A stretch of DNA of 62,105 bases, from the IMG/VR virus record IMGVR_UViG_3300037851_000372, positions 1 to 62,105 of that record. One strand, given 5' to 3'. The notes below the pieces were generated by a model, which was not told the DNA's origin, did no database searches, and was given only the letters and a program-made list of their open reading frames with translations. Shown here in pieces: positions 46,541-56,061 of the stretch (its first letter is position 1; the number at the start of each line of letters is the position of its first letter). The translations under genes and the position numbers were made by a program. The stretch is from a virus. Taxonomy: Duplodnaviria; Caudoviricetes.

Positions 46541-47323
46541 ATGGCTAAGCGTAGACAGCCCCGACGTGACGGGAACAAACCCAACAATGTGGACCGCGTA
46601 GAGCGGGAGCGATACCTGAACAGGCTCGAGCACAAGATGCTCCGTGGCGTCACTAGCAGGCATGACCTGGCAGCCGCGTTCGGGAAGAGCATAGCCACGA
46701 TAGAAGACGACATGGCGATCGTGAGGCGGAGGTGGCTGCGAAACTCCCCTACGGATGTGGAGGCCGCCAAGATCGCTCGCATCCGCCAGTTTGAGAACTT
46801 GGCCATGCTGGCCATTGAGTCCTACCAACGCTCCCGCCAGGATGCAGAAGAGGTTACGGTGACAGAGCGTCCGTGTCTGCCGTGTAGTGCAACGGGCAAG
46901 GTCAAGAAGAAAGGGGCGGACGGGAAGGAGGAGATGGCGACGTGTCTTGAGTGCGGTGGCAAGGGGGCCACAGTGGTAGAGACACGTCGCATGAAGGGGC
47001 AGGCGGGGGATGCGGGCTTTCTGCGGACGGCGAGAGACTGTTTCGTGGAGGCCGCTAAGATCGAAGGCGTGATCGTGAGCTCTTCCCTCACCATGCGGAA
47101 CCTCACACAGACGATCAACGGGCTGCCCGACGGGCAGGTCAAGATGGAGGCACAGGAGCTGACGCTGGAGGCTCCGATTGATGTGCTGCTCCGCTCCATG
47201 GCGGTGCTGGAAGAGATACGCGAGGGCCACAAGTCGGGCAAGATCAAGATGCTTGAAGGCAAGGGCAAGCCCGACCCACAGATCATAGACCACGTGGAGG
47301 ACGAGGATGCAGATGATGAGTGA
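46541..47323 (+). CDS. Putative terminase small subunit with a DnaJ-type zinc-finger insert
   Basis: N-terminal HTH (LAAAFGKSIATIEDD); CLPCSATG and CLECGGKG; GDAGFL motif; upstream of TerL. Confidence 0.55.
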   Translation: MAKRRQPRRDGNKPNNVDRVERERYLNRLEHKMLRGVTSRHDLAAAFGKSIATIEDDMAIVRRRWLRNSPTDVEAAKIARIRQFENLAMLAIESYQRSRQDAEEVTVTERPCLPCSATGKVKKKGADGKEEMATCLECGGKGATVVETRRMKGQAGDAGFLRTARDCFVEAAKIEGVIVSSSLTMRNLTQTINGLPDGQVKMEAQELTLEAPIDVLLRSMAVLEEIREGHKSGKIKMLEGKGKPDPQIIDHVEDEDADDE

Positions 47324-48113
47324 GCTGGTGGACATCATACCGCCTACCTACACGACTATAGATCCAGAGTTTGCGAGCATGATTCCGCCGCTGTCTGTTG
47401 CGGAGAGGCGGGAGCTTGAGGCGAGCATTGTGGAGTATGGCGGAGCGCGTGATCCACTCATAGCGTGGTATCGCGGCAGGGACACGTCGCCCATTCTCCT
47501 GGACGGGCATAACAGGATGGAGATCTGCAAGCGACTCTGTCTTCCCTACCACGTCAAGGGGATGGAGTTTGCTGACCGCGAGGCAGCCATACGCTGGATC
47601 CACCGCAATCAGCTCGGACGGAGAAATCTGTCACGTCAGGACTTCGTGATCATGCTGGGTCGTCTCTACAACCAGTCTAAGCGTCCGCTCGACCGCAGCA
47701 AGAAGAACCCCCGCATCCCTACCGCTGCCAAGCTGGCGACGGTTTACAGAGTGGACCCACGAACGGTGACCAGGGCAGGTAGTTTCCAAGCCGCTGCTCA
47801 GAAGCTCGGGATAGAAGAGGACATCGCGTCCGGCAGGCTTCAGGTGCCTGCGGGCAGGCTAGTGCGAGCAGCAAGGTCGGTACCGGAAAACCCGACCAAG
47901 GAGCAAGTTGACGAGGCGCTGAAGAAAGCGATGGATTTGCCCATGGCCCCGCATCGCGACAATGGGCAGAGCCGTTTCTTGGTTGCGGCAAGCCCGAGCG
48001 ACTGCCTCAAGGCCGTCAAGTTCTACGCGATGTCGTTCGTTCAGCAGTCTCCCGAGTCTGCGGATGTGCTGGTTGAGCATCTCACAAGCATTGTGGAGTC
48101 CGTGCGAAGGTAG
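47316..48113 (+). CDS. ParB/Srx-like N-terminal domain protein
   Basis: LEASI...DPL...ILLDGHNR..IC and NQLGRRNLS motifs. Confidence 0.8.
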   Translation: MSELVDIIPPTYTTIDPEFASMIPPLSVAERRELEASIVEYGGARDPLIAWYRGRDTSPILLDGHNRMEICKRLCLPYHVKGMEFADREAAIRWIHRNQLGRRNLSRQDFVIMLGRLYNQSKRPLDRSKKNPRIPTAAKLATVYRVDPRTVTRAGSFQAAAQKLGIEEDIASGRLQVPAGRLVRAARSVPENPTKEQVDEALKKAMDLPMAPHRDNGQSRFLVAASPSDCLKAVKFYAMSFVQQSPESADVLVEHLTSIVESVRR

Positions 48114-48155
48114 TTTCTACTCGGTTCTGGTACATTGCACAGCAAGGAGACGCCC

Positions 48156-48527
48156 ATGGTGGCACTGGCAAGACCGAGACTGAACGGGATGGACGAGCCG
48201 GATCTCCGCAAGTTGGCCCTCGCCATTGTGAACCACGAGGTGTTTGGTACGTGGTGCATTCCCGAAGACAAGATGCGGGACTGCCTGGCTCACGTGTTCA
48301 TGCCTGTCGCGTACCTGTCGCTCCAGAGCTTTCCTGACAACGTCGGTCATCTCTACGAGTACACCGCTGCCGCTATTGGTACCACCGTTCATGGGTACCC
48401 GAAGTTCGTGAGCATGAGGCTGATGACGGATGAGGATGCCGATCACCTTCATCCGCTCGTGCAAGAGTTGGTCGCCAAGCGTGAGCAGTTTCACAAGGAC
48501 ATGATGGAGTTCCTGAACCGTGCATGA
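48156..48527 (+). CDS. Hypothetical protein
   Basis: RBS AAGGAG. Confidence 0.65.
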   Translation: MVALARPRLNGMDEPDLRKLALAIVNHEVFGTWCIPEDKMRDCLAHVFMPVAYLSLQSFPDNVGHLYEYTAAAIGTTVHGYPKFVSMRLMTDEDADHLHPLVQELVAKREQFHKDMMEFLNRA

Positions 48528-48708
48528 TGCCCCTACCCTATACGGGTTCTCCAAGGTCTACAGAGGGACGATTGGTCCTTACACGTCAAACGACCTGAGC
48601 GAGTCTGACGTAGGCACTCATGAAAGTGGGTGGAGCAGCGGGTGTACGCGGAGCTCCTGATTGAACTGCCCCATCCCAGCAAGCCCGACTCGTCCAGGTG
48701 AGGGAGCA

Positions 48709-48924
48709 ATGGCCAAGAAAACTCAGCCAGCCAGCCTTGAGGGGATGGAGCGTCAGTTCTTCTGCAATTGTTGCAATGCGCAGAAGCCGAGTACCGCATA
48801 CTGTGAGCAGTGTGGATGCCCTGAGTTTCGGGTCGTGTATGTCCCTGCGACGGATGCGAAGAAGGTGGAGGTGGCAGTGCCGACCATGGCAAGCAAGACG
48901 CCGCTCAAGATGGGTTTCTTCTGA
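48709..48924 (+). CDS. Small zinc-ribbon protein ending MGFF
   Basis: CNCC...CEQCGCPEF; RBS GAGGGAG. Confidence 0.6.
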   Translation: MAKKTQPASLEGMERQFFCNCCNAQKPSTAYCEQCGCPEFRVVYVPATDAKKVEVAVPTMASKTPLKMGFF

Positions 48925-48942
48925 CGCCGGGTATGTTGTCGC

Positions 48943-49098
48943 ATGAACCAGTTCGCTTTGCAGTATGACACGGACTACGGGATAGACCGTTGCACGGGTT
49001 GGACAGTGGTGATTGACGGTAGGGTCGTGGTTCAGCTTCAGAGGTGGCTAGTGGTGGCACTGGTAAAGGCGTGGTGGAAGTGGATGCGAGGAGCGTAG
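48943..49098 (+). CDS. 51-aa hypothetical protein
   Basis: Manual translation MNQFALQYDTDYGIDRCTGW...; fills the gap. Confidence 0.45.
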   Translation: MNQFALQYDTDYGIDRCTGWTVVIDGRVVVQLQRWLVVALVKAWWKWMRGA

Positions 49099-49100
49099 GT

Positions 49101-49370
49101 ATGCCAGAATGCAGCCGGGAGCTGATGCGCCAGGGCAAGCCCTACCCGCGGACGTGTGCGGTGCATGGGCTCTTCGGGTGTGTGCCTCCGCAAGTAGACA
49201 GGACGCAAGATCAGTCTGCACGGGCGATGGTTGACCACCTGATTGAGCAAGGGTGCATCGGGCAACGGCTGACGGATCAATTGTGGTGTGTGCTGTTGTC
49301 GTGCGGCGCCAAACTCACGCCGACGCATCTGCGATCGATTGCTGACGAGTTGGACCGGAGGAACGGATAG
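49101..49370 (+). CDS. Hypothetical protein
   Basis: RBS GAGGAG before ATG 49101; GKPYPRTC motif. Confidence 0.55.
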   Translation: MPECSRELMRQGKPYPRTCAVHGLFGCVPPQVDRTQDQSARAMVDHLIEQGCIGQRLTDQLWCVLLSCGAKLTPTHLRSIADELDRRNG

Positions 49371-49372
49371 CG

Positions 49373-49600
49373 ATGAATAGACCGGACTGGACCGACGTGA
49401 TCTTCGCTGCCGTTGCTTTCGGGACAATTGGTTTCGGACTCGGTTGCATGATCTGCGGTGTGTCGGTACATGGTTTGCGTGTCGAGGCAGTGAAGGTCGG
49501 ACATGCTGAGTGGCATGTCAACGACGAAGGTGATCGGACATTCAAGTGGAAGGGTAGTGGAGTGAGCGATGAGCGTACACGATCTGAGAGTGCTGATTGA
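49373..49600 (+). CDS. Small membrane protein
   Basis: RBS GGAGG; one TM segment. Confidence 0.55.
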   Translation: MNRPDWTDVIFAAVAFGTIGFGLGCMICGVSVHGLRVEAVKVGHAEWHVNDEGDRTFKWKGSGVSDERTRSESAD

Positions 49601-49700
49601 GACAGCGATCCCCGCGTGGGTGCCCATTGTGGTCGTCCTGCTGTTGCTGGCAGTGATCGCGGGTGTGTCCGGGTGGCTGAAAGACGACGAGGAGAAGTAA
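49569..49700 (+). CDS. 43-aa membrane microprotein
   Basis: Manual translation MSVHDLRVLIETAIPAWVPIVVVLLLLAVIAGVSGWLKDDEEK; TAATG-coupled to the next gene. Confidence 0.5.
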   Translation: MSVHDLRVLIETAIPAWVPIVVVLLLLAVIAGVSGWLKDDEEK

Positions 49701-49918
49701 TGCAGCTCAAGGTATTGGATGTGGTGGTCACACTGACCAACGGCGACGACGTGGTAGAGGTTCACACTGATCTTCCGTTGCCGCTACATGCGGTGGCAGG
49801 CGAAGAAGCGACTGCGGCCCCGCTGGTCCTGCGGTTCCACGCTCCAAGGGACACGGGTCTTGAGTATGTGGAGACATACTTTGACGTGATCCCCCGCACA
49901 GTGAGCAAGAGGTACTGA
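49700..49918 (+). CDS. Hypothetical protein
   Basis: RBS GAGGAG; coupled at both ends. Confidence 0.55.
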   Translation: MQLKVLDVVVTLTNGDDVVEVHTDLPLPLHAVAGEEATAAPLVLRFHAPRDTGLEYVETYFDVIPRTVSKRY

Positions 49919-50208
49919 TGAACACTGACAGACCAATGACAACCAGCGTGACCCAATCGCACATCGATGCCATTGACGCTGCCTATGACCAAGCGATCCA
50001 GGCCGCACTGGCACTGGGTAGGGGCGACTCGGTTATACGTCCGAGGGGTTTGGGCAAGCGGACTCACATCTGCGGCATGGACAACGGGAAGAGCAAGCTC
50101 TTGACGCTGCCTCGCAACGCGCCTTGCCCATGCGGCAGCGGTAGGAAGGCGAAACGGTGTTGCGTCCACATCAAGAGGGAGGGGAGTGGCGATGGGCAAC
50201 CAGGATGA
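49918..50208 (+). CDS. SEC-C motif protein
   Basis: PRNAPCPCGSGRKAKRCC. Confidence 0.8.
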   Translation: MNTDRPMTTSVTQSHIDAIDAAYDQAIQAALALGRGDSVIRPRGLGKRTHICGMDNGKSKLLTLPRNAPCPCGSGRKAKRCCVHIKREGSGDGQPG

Positions 50209-50908
50209 ACAAGAGTTCGGGATGTGGTTTGGGGATGCCCTTGCGGAGTGCATCGCGACCTACTTCAACCAGCTACTGAAGGTGGACAAGCCCGCCGTCG
50301 CTGCCATGTTCGCCAACCGCGTTCCATGCAACAAGGCAATGGCCGATCATCCGACTGTGCAAGTCACCGCTCAGCATGGTGGGTACCACGTGGGGTTGAT
50401 CGGAATCCTGAACGGGCTCTGCGGTGTGAGGGATGACGGCATGGGTCGTCTGTGCCTGGTGTGGAAAGAGGTGGATGCGGGAGAGGAGCCGGAGCTGGTG
50501 GGGCTTGCACTGACGCCCAAGGTCGCCGTCCCTGCCCCTTGCGATGTGCCTATTGCGGTCAGCAAAGAGACTGAGGAAGACGCCGTTGGTGTGGATGCGA
50601 TTGGGCAAGCTCTGATGAGTGAACAGAATCGGGTCTTCACGCTGCCAGTTGTGAGCGGGGACATCCAGTATGTCACGGACCCGCCCAGACTGCGGCCTAT
50701 GAGCACAGCTCCGAGGGATGGGAGTTGGGTGCTCGTGTTCTGGGCAGACGGCGAGGGCAGGCCGCTTCATTGTGATGCGTTGCGGTTTCGCAAGGCCACG
50801 AATCGGGTGTACCCTTCCGCTTGGGTCAACAGGCATAGCCTTGCCGTGTTTACGGATGGAAATCCGGAAATGCTTGGGTGGCTGTCGCAGCCGACAATCG
50901 ATCAATGA
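50192..50908 (+). CDS. Hypothetical protein
   Basis: RVPCN..ADHPTVQV...GLIGILNG N-domain; PMSTAPRDGSWVLV C-domain. Confidence 0.65.
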   Translation: MGNQDEQEFGMWFGDALAECIATYFNQLLKVDKPAVAAMFANRVPCNKAMADHPTVQVTAQHGGYHVGLIGILNGLCGVRDDGMGRLCLVWKEVDAGEEPELVGLALTPKVAVPAPCDVPIAVSKETEEDAVGVDAIGQALMSEQNRVFTLPVVSGDIQYVTDPPRLRPMSTAPRDGSWVLVFWADGEGRPLHCDALRFRKATNRVYPSAWVNRHSLAVFTDGNPEMLGWLSQPTIDQ

Positions 50909-51159
50909 ACAAGGACTGGCGCGTCTACTTGCTACAGTGTCTGGATGGCTCGCTGTACTGCGGAGCCACGAAGGACGTGCCACGCAGAATGCTCGCACAC
51001 ATGAACGGGACCGGGTCTCGCTACGTGAGGGCAAGGGGCTACGGCAAGCTCTACAAGGTGTCCCCGCCTATGACCAAGTCCAAGGCATTGAGGTTAGAAG
51101 CTCGAGTCAAGAAAATGGCACGGGAGAAGAAGGCGGCGGCTGTTTCTCAAGGAGGGTAG
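50905..51159 (+). CDS. Small GIY-YIG nuclease (YhbQ-like)
   Basis: VYLLQCLDGSLYCG.T.D..RR...H..G.GSRY...ALRLE. Confidence 0.85.
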   Translation: MNKDWRVYLLQCLDGSLYCGATKDVPRRMLAHMNGTGSRYVRARGYGKLYKVSPPMTKSKALRLEARVKKMAREKKAAAVSQGG

Positions 51160-51161
51160 GG

Positions 51162-52826
51162 ATGGCCAAGAAGAAGACCAAGATCGCTGGGCTGAACCTT
51201 GAGGAGCTGCCGGGTCAGTACGGGCGGGTCACTACGTCCGTGGTCGACTCGTTGTTCGGCAAGGAGCAACAGATCCAGCTCGCGTATAGGAGGCTGGCCG
51301 CAAAGAGCTTCATGGATTTCACGCGGGGCTTGCGCATCGCCTCCGTGTTTGGTCCGCGGCTGTTCGACCGTTGTATGGCCCAGTTCCAGATGGACCTCTT
51401 TGAGGACATCGCTCCGTCTCTCCACCAGTTGAGGGAGGGAGACATGCCAAGCAAAAGGCGTTGGTGGCTTGAGCGGACGAAGAAGGCCAGCAAGGACGCC
51501 GACCTTGCCGTCATCATGACGTGGCTGCTGGCTTACCCCGTCAGGCCGTTCTACATGCAGGTCGCGGCTGCAAACAAGGAACAGGCAGCAATCGTCAAGG
51601 AACGAATGACGCATCTGCTTCATTACAACTCGTGGCTGACTGAGCACATCGAGATCATCCAGTCCACAGCACGGTCGAAGAAGCTCAATGCGGCGGGACA
51701 GCCTCTCGCAACGCTCCACATCATGTCAAGCGACTCGGAAGGGGCTCACGGGGGTACGCCAGACCTGCTAGTGCTCAACGAGCTGAGCCACGTCAAGAAT
51801 TTTGAGTTCGCAGAGACGTTGCTTGACAACGCAGACGGCGTGGCGCAGGGTATGGTGGTCATCGCTACCAATGCAGGGTTCACGAACACCCCTGCCTACC
51901 GTTGGAAACTCAACGCGATCCAGTCCCCTGACTGGGAAGTGCATCAGCTGTCCAAGCCCGCACCGTGGCACAGCAAGAAGACCTTGGACGATGCCAGGCA
52001 ACGCAACTCGCCGTCACGATTCCTTCGGTTGTGGCAGGGCAAGTGGGTATCCACAGCGGGCGACAAGATCAGCGAAGAGGCAATCGCCGCAGCCTTCTGC
52101 CTCAAAGGTCCGCTGTTTGAGCGAGAGAGCGGGTGGGACTACATAGGCGGCCTGGACTTGGGTGTGTCTAACGACCACTCGGGCTTCGTGGTGCTGGCCG
52201 TGAACTACAAACTCCAGAAGGTCAAGCTCGTCCACATGAAGCGATGGGTCCCTCCAACGGGTGGCGACATATACCTGCCAGACGTTGAAGAGGAGTGCCT
52301 GAAGATGGCAAAGCTATTCGGCCTGCGTTACCTGTTCTACGACCCCCACCAAGCCGTCCTGATGGCACAGAGGCTATCCAAGGCAGGGGTGATCATGCGA
52401 CCGATGACGTTCTCCTCTCCCCGTAACCTCACGCTCATGGCCACCAGCTACATGCAACTCCTGGAGGCAAGAAAGATCCAGCTCTACGATGACGAGGAAG
52501 GCACGTTGCGAGCGGACTTCGATAAGCTGAAGGTGGTTGATCGTGCGAGCGGCTACAAACTGGAGGCGGTGTCGGATGAGTCGGGACATGCGGATCTTGG
52601 TACTGCTCTTGTGATCGCATTGCCAGCAGTGATGGACCTGCTTGGGCTTGGCAACCAGTTCTTGAGCCCCGAGGACACCATTGCTGGCACTCAGGATGTT
52701 GAGCTGACGGAGGAGGAGCTCGAAGCCATGCCGCAGGAGCTGAGGGAGATCTGCGATATGGAAGACCAGATGGTCATTGAGGCAAGGCTTGAGGAGCAGG
52801 CCGACGCCTTTGCTGACATCTCCTAG
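51162..52826 (+). CDS. terL: Terminase large subunit
   Basis: AQFQ, AANKEQA, coupling motif ATNAG, RLWQGKW, RNase H GLDLG, YDP and HAD motifs. Confidence 0.85.
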   Translation: MAKKKTKIAGLNLEELPGQYGRVTTSVVDSLFGKEQQIQLAYRRLAAKSFMDFTRGLRIASVFGPRLFDRCMAQFQMDLFEDIAPSLHQLREGDMPSKRRWWLERTKKASKDADLAVIMTWLLAYPVRPFYMQVAAANKEQAAIVKERMTHLLHYNSWLTEHIEIIQSTARSKKLNAAGQPLATLHIMSSDSEGAHGGTPDLLVLNELSHVKNFEFAETLLDNADGVAQGMVVIATNAGFTNTPAYRWKLNAIQSPDWEVHQLSKPAPWHSKKTLDDARQRNSPSRFLRLWQGKWVSTAGDKISEEAIAAAFCLKGPLFERESGWDYIGGLDLGVSNDHSGFVVLAVNYKLQKVKLVHMKRWVPPTGGDIYLPDVEEECLKMAKLFGLRYLFYDPHQAVLMAQRLSKAGVIMRPMTFSSPRNLTLMATSYMQLLEARKIQLYDDEEGTLRADFDKLKVVDRASGYKLEAVSDESGHADLGTALVIALPAVMDLLGLGNQFLSPEDTIAGTQDVELTEEELEAMPQELREICDMEDQMVIEARLEEQADAFADIS

Positions 52827-52898
52827 CCTATTGGCGGTAGTGGGTAGCGGTGCTATGCTCCAGGCACCGCGTTGCACCGCCTATCTAGGAGCTTTACC

Positions 52899-53207
52899 AT
52901 GTCAGCTGAGCTTGCCCTCGCCGTGGAGAACCAGGTCACTGCCCTCTACGAGTCTCTCCGTGCAAAGTTCGCGGACAGCAAGCTGACGGCGATGGAAGGC
53001 TACATGCTGGCCATGGAGCTGGTGGGTGGCATCACGCAGATCCATGCGAAGATGGTTGCCGAGGGCAAGCCTGTTGACGCCATCCGTGTTGCTTGCCACG
53101 CGACCATTGACCGATGGGTCGTACCACTTCTCCATCAGCAATTCGACAAGGCCTACGATCACTTTATCGCAGGCAAGAACAAGGCTGAAGAGATTCTTCA
53201 GGAGTGA
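52899..53207 (+). CDS. Hypothetical protein
   Basis: RBS AGGAG. Confidence 0.6.
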   Translation: MSAELALAVENQVTALYESLRAKFADSKLTAMEGYMLAMELVGGITQIHAKMVAEGKPVDAIRVACHATIDRWVVPLLHQQFDKAYDHFIAGKNKAEEILQE

Positions 53208-53212
53208 CTTCG

Positions 53213-53539
53213 ATGTCGACGATCAACTGGCCTACTGTAGTGGGTGTGGTGGTAGTGGTGGGAGCACTGTTCTCCGAGTCCGTTCTCAAGTTCTTCGCCA
53301 AGCGACGAGCGGCATGGGCTGCGAAGAAGGACGCAGGTACTGGCACAGCCCCCGTCACAAGCGATGCGAAGGACGCGGAGCCGTATGCTGGCTCGCGAGC
53401 AGCGGCAAGTGTCCTTGTGACCGCACTGCTGGCAGACAAGCAATTTGCCCTCGCCACGCAGGCAACCCAGCTCGCATCGCAGATCGGGCAAGGCGAGCAG
53501 AGTCCCGCCAAGCCTCCAGTGTACACCGGAACCAAGTGA
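53213..53539 (+). CDS. Membrane-anchored hypothetical protein
   Basis: N-terminal TM VVGVVVVVGALF. Confidence 0.6.
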   Translation: MSTINWPTVVGVVVVVGALFSESVLKFFAKRRAAWAAKKDAGTGTAPVTSDAKDAEPYAGSRAAASVLVTALLADKQFALATQATQLASQIGQGEQSPAKPPVYTGTK

Positions 53540-53546
53540 GGGTGAC

Positions 53547-53942
53547 GTGACACCGCGAAGCATTGTCATCAGCTCAACGCTGGCATTCCTGTTCTGGTAC
53601 AACGGTCTCTTCGGAGACCTTGTTGTATTGAAAACGGCTCCGTTTGAGGCTGACGGGTTGTCCGTGCTGGTAGTGGAGTCGACAGAGGACAGCACGAAGA
53701 TGAGCGGCGACCAGATCGTTGCTCTGGGTACGCTTCGCAAGCTGGTTGAGGAGAAGGGTGGTGAGTACAGGCAGCTCGACAACGAAGTTGACCTGTCGAA
53801 TTACCATCCATGGGTGAAGCGAGCTATGGACGTGCCCCGCGAGGGCTTGCCCTGGGCAGTGGGGTCTGATGGGAGCAAGGGGTTCAGCAACCCCGCACCC
53901 AAGACGGAGTCAGAAGCCAAGAAATTGATGGAGGTCTTCTGA
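53547..53942 (+). CDS. Exported protein, possible thioredoxin-like fold
   Basis: Hydrophobic N-terminus; VLVVES...YRQLD...GLPW; coupled to the peptidase. Confidence 0.5.
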   Translation: MTPRSIVISSTLAFLFWYNGLFGDLVVLKTAPFEADGLSVLVVESTEDSTKMSGDQIVALGTLRKLVEEKGGEYRQLDNEVDLSNYHPWVKRAMDVPREGLPWAVGSDGSKGFSNPAPKTESEAKKLMEVF

Positions 53943-54715
53943 TGAGCTTCGTCTCCGAGATCGGTCCCATGGAGTTCGTCATCGGTGAGGGCAACGCCGA
54001 TGCGATGGCACGTCTCAACCCCTTCCGCTCGACGTGGGTTGCCCGTCCTGAAGGAGAAGAGGGGTTTGGGTCCGCGTTCTCTGGAGACATCATTCCTCGC
54101 AGTGAGTGGGACGACCGAATTGCACTGCTGGAGAAGAACAAGATGCGGCTGAGCGATCTGGTGCGGGCCAAGGGCCGCGTCAGTCGTAATCAGTCACGAA
54201 CGAATTATTGCTGGGTCTTCGGTGCGGTGGCAGCGGTAGAGGCGAAGATGTTGGTTCAGGGACATGACTACATCTCTTTCTCGCCAGCGTCCGTAGGTGC
54301 CCCGCTTGTCAACTACCAGAATCGGGGCTTCTGGTCCACACCTGCCATCCGCTACCTTGCTGAACACGGTATGGTTCCAACGTCTATGTGGCCGGACACT
54401 GCGATTGATCGCAGGTATGACAACGCGGAGACGCGGGAGATCCGCAAGTTCTTCAAGGTCACTGAGTGGTGGGAGCTGCGAAAGAGGGACTTCGACCAGC
54501 TTGCGTCGTGCCTGCTATCGCTCCAGCCTGTGGCTGTAGGGTTCAATTGGTGGGGTCATGCTGTGTGTGCCTTGGACCTTGTCAAGACTGGCAGCAACCG
54601 ATACGGCATCCGTATCGCCAACTCCCATAACGATCGCGATTTCATCATCCTGAAGGACGGGAAAGAGATTCCTGACGACGCTGTCTGCCCTCGTGTGATC
54701 CAGACTAAGGCCTGA
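53942..54715 (+). CDS. Papain-like (C1) cysteine peptidase
   Basis: Q-x4-CW (NQSRTNYCWVFG), GHAV and IANS catalytic motifs. Confidence 0.85.
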   Translation: MSFVSEIGPMEFVIGEGNADAMARLNPFRSTWVARPEGEEGFGSAFSGDIIPRSEWDDRIALLEKNKMRLSDLVRAKGRVSRNQSRTNYCWVFGAVAAVEAKMLVQGHDYISFSPASVGAPLVNYQNRGFWSTPAIRYLAEHGMVPTSMWPDTAIDRRYDNAETREIRKFFKVTEWWELRKRDFDQLASCLLSLQPVAVGFNWWGHAVCALDLVKTGSNRYGIRIANSHNDRDFIILKDGKEIPDDAVCPRVIQTKA

Positions 54716-54727
54716 GGAGACGCTGGG

Positions 54728-55132
54728 ATGAAATCAATGCAGGTAGCAATTGCCTTCGCTGGCGGTTTGCTCGCAGTGGCGGGCTCCGTAACTCAGAACA
54801 CGAAACCGATCATGGAGGGGCCGAGGGTGGTGGAGGGTGCGTCGGAGACAATCCCTCCACCACCAACGGGGTTTGAAGAGCCCGTTGTAGAAGAGAGCAA
54901 GACGGTCATAGAGCTTGGGCCTGCTCTGACACGGACCCAGATTTGGAGACTGCCTGATGGTACTCTTGTGGAGGGTCCTACGCTTGAGGATCCTGGGTAC
55001 AACCAGTGGGCCAAGGTGTATGTCCAGCCGCTACAGAAATCGATGTCCAGCCAGTGTAATCGTGCCGATGGTTCGTGTCCGAAGATACAAAGTCCTGTCA
55101 CCACGAATAGGAGAACGCTACGTGTCCGCTGA
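54728..55132 (+). CDS. Exported hypothetical protein
   Basis: Signal peptide; C-terminal CNRADGSCP and Arg-rich end. Confidence 0.6.
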   Translation: MKSMQVAIAFAGGLLAVAGSVTQNTKPIMEGPRVVEGASETIPPPPTGFEEPVVEESKTVIELGPALTRTQIWRLPDGTLVEGPTLEDPGYNQWAKVYVQPLQKSMSSQCNRADGSCPKIQSPVTTNRRTLRVR

Positions 55133-55487
55133 AATGAGGATGGTGAATCGGAATTTCTCTTTTGGAATTCCACTGATCCTAGGCGCTCTCTTGGTGCTGC
55201 TACTGATCAGTATGGCGCTACCGATGATCAATACACCAGCTAATTTGCATTCGCATTTCTCAAAGGAATACGAAAACACGCATTCCGTTCTGGCTTCCCA
55301 TGGGGAGGAAGAGAGTGAGCCGACGTTCGTGGACAAGTGTTCGCGGTGCGGGCTGTACTTTGATTCGCCTGAGCAAGCGCACGAGCATTTGAAACACTGC
55401 CTATCTCCAACGGCTTGCGATGGGGAGAAGGAAGGTGGCTGGCCCCCACGCGGAACGCGACCCCTTGAAAACGAATTGCTGCCGTGA
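55122..55487 (+). CDS. Membrane protein with C2H2-like motif
   Basis: TM segment; CSRCG...HEHLKHC. Confidence 0.5.
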   Translation: MSAEMRMVNRNFSFGIPLILGALLVLLLISMALPMINTPANLHSHFSKEYENTHSVLASHGEEESEPTFVDKCSRCGLYFDSPEQAHEHLKHCLSPTACDGEKEGGWPPRGTRPLENELLP

Positions 55488-55723
55488 CTACTAACGATCC
55501 TACCTACCACGAACCGCTTGGCGCTCCTCGTGAGGGCTGGTCTGGCAACCTTGTTGATGGAGCAATCCAACGATGGACGGGACTGAATCAAGACGAGACG
55601 AAGAAGCTGGTGACCGACGCGAAAGTGTTGATGGACAAGGCGAAGAGCGACTTGGACACGGTGCATTGGCTGCTGACGCCGATCCGACTTCTCCGTTCTT
55701 TTTTCGTCACGACAAAACCATGA
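55484..55723 (+). CDS. Hypothetical protein
   Basis: GTGA-coupled. Confidence 0.5.
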   Translation: MTTNDPTYHEPLGAPREGWSGNLVDGAIQRWTGLNQDETKKLVTDAKVLMDKAKSDLDTVHWLLTPIRLLRSFFVTTKP

Positions 55724-56061
55724 CGTTCGCAGCACAAGAAAACGTGGCATCGCTTGTGAGCCGACTACGGGCGTCCGTGCCACGCCGCACCACCCGAGCC
55801 CGCCGCCTTGCCGCGGCTGAGAATGGTTTCTTAGAGCGGGTTGTCGTCTGTGGTAGCCGGGTCGTGCGGGATGGGATGGACCTCACAATCGCACAGGAAT
55901 CGGTTGAGAGTGAGTACCAAAAGACGTACGGTATGATCACCCCGGTAGGCATGATCATCATCCGCATTGTGGTTGAGATCATTCTCTATTGGTTCAAGAC
56001 CGGAAATGAAGAAGCCCGCGAGTTGATCAGGATGGCTAGTACCTACAGGGAAGTTCAATGA
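55720..56061 (+). CDS. Hypothetical protein with hydrophobic C-terminal helix
   Basis: ATGA-coupled; YG..PVGMIIIRIVVEIILYW. Confidence 0.55.
   Translation: MTFAAQENVASLVSRLRASVPRRTTRARRLAAAENGFLERVVVCGSRVVRDGMDLTIAQESVESEYQKTYGMITPVGMIIIRIVVEIILYWFKTGNEEARELIRMASTYREVQ

Noticed and set aside
50905-51159. GIY-YIG ORF as a homing endonuclease or intron in terL
   Set aside because: Only 84 aa with no DNA-binding extension; lies upstream of terL, not inside it
50718-51161. N-terminal extension of the terminase ORF
   Set aside because: Overlaps two other genes; strong AAGGAGG RBS precedes ATG 51162
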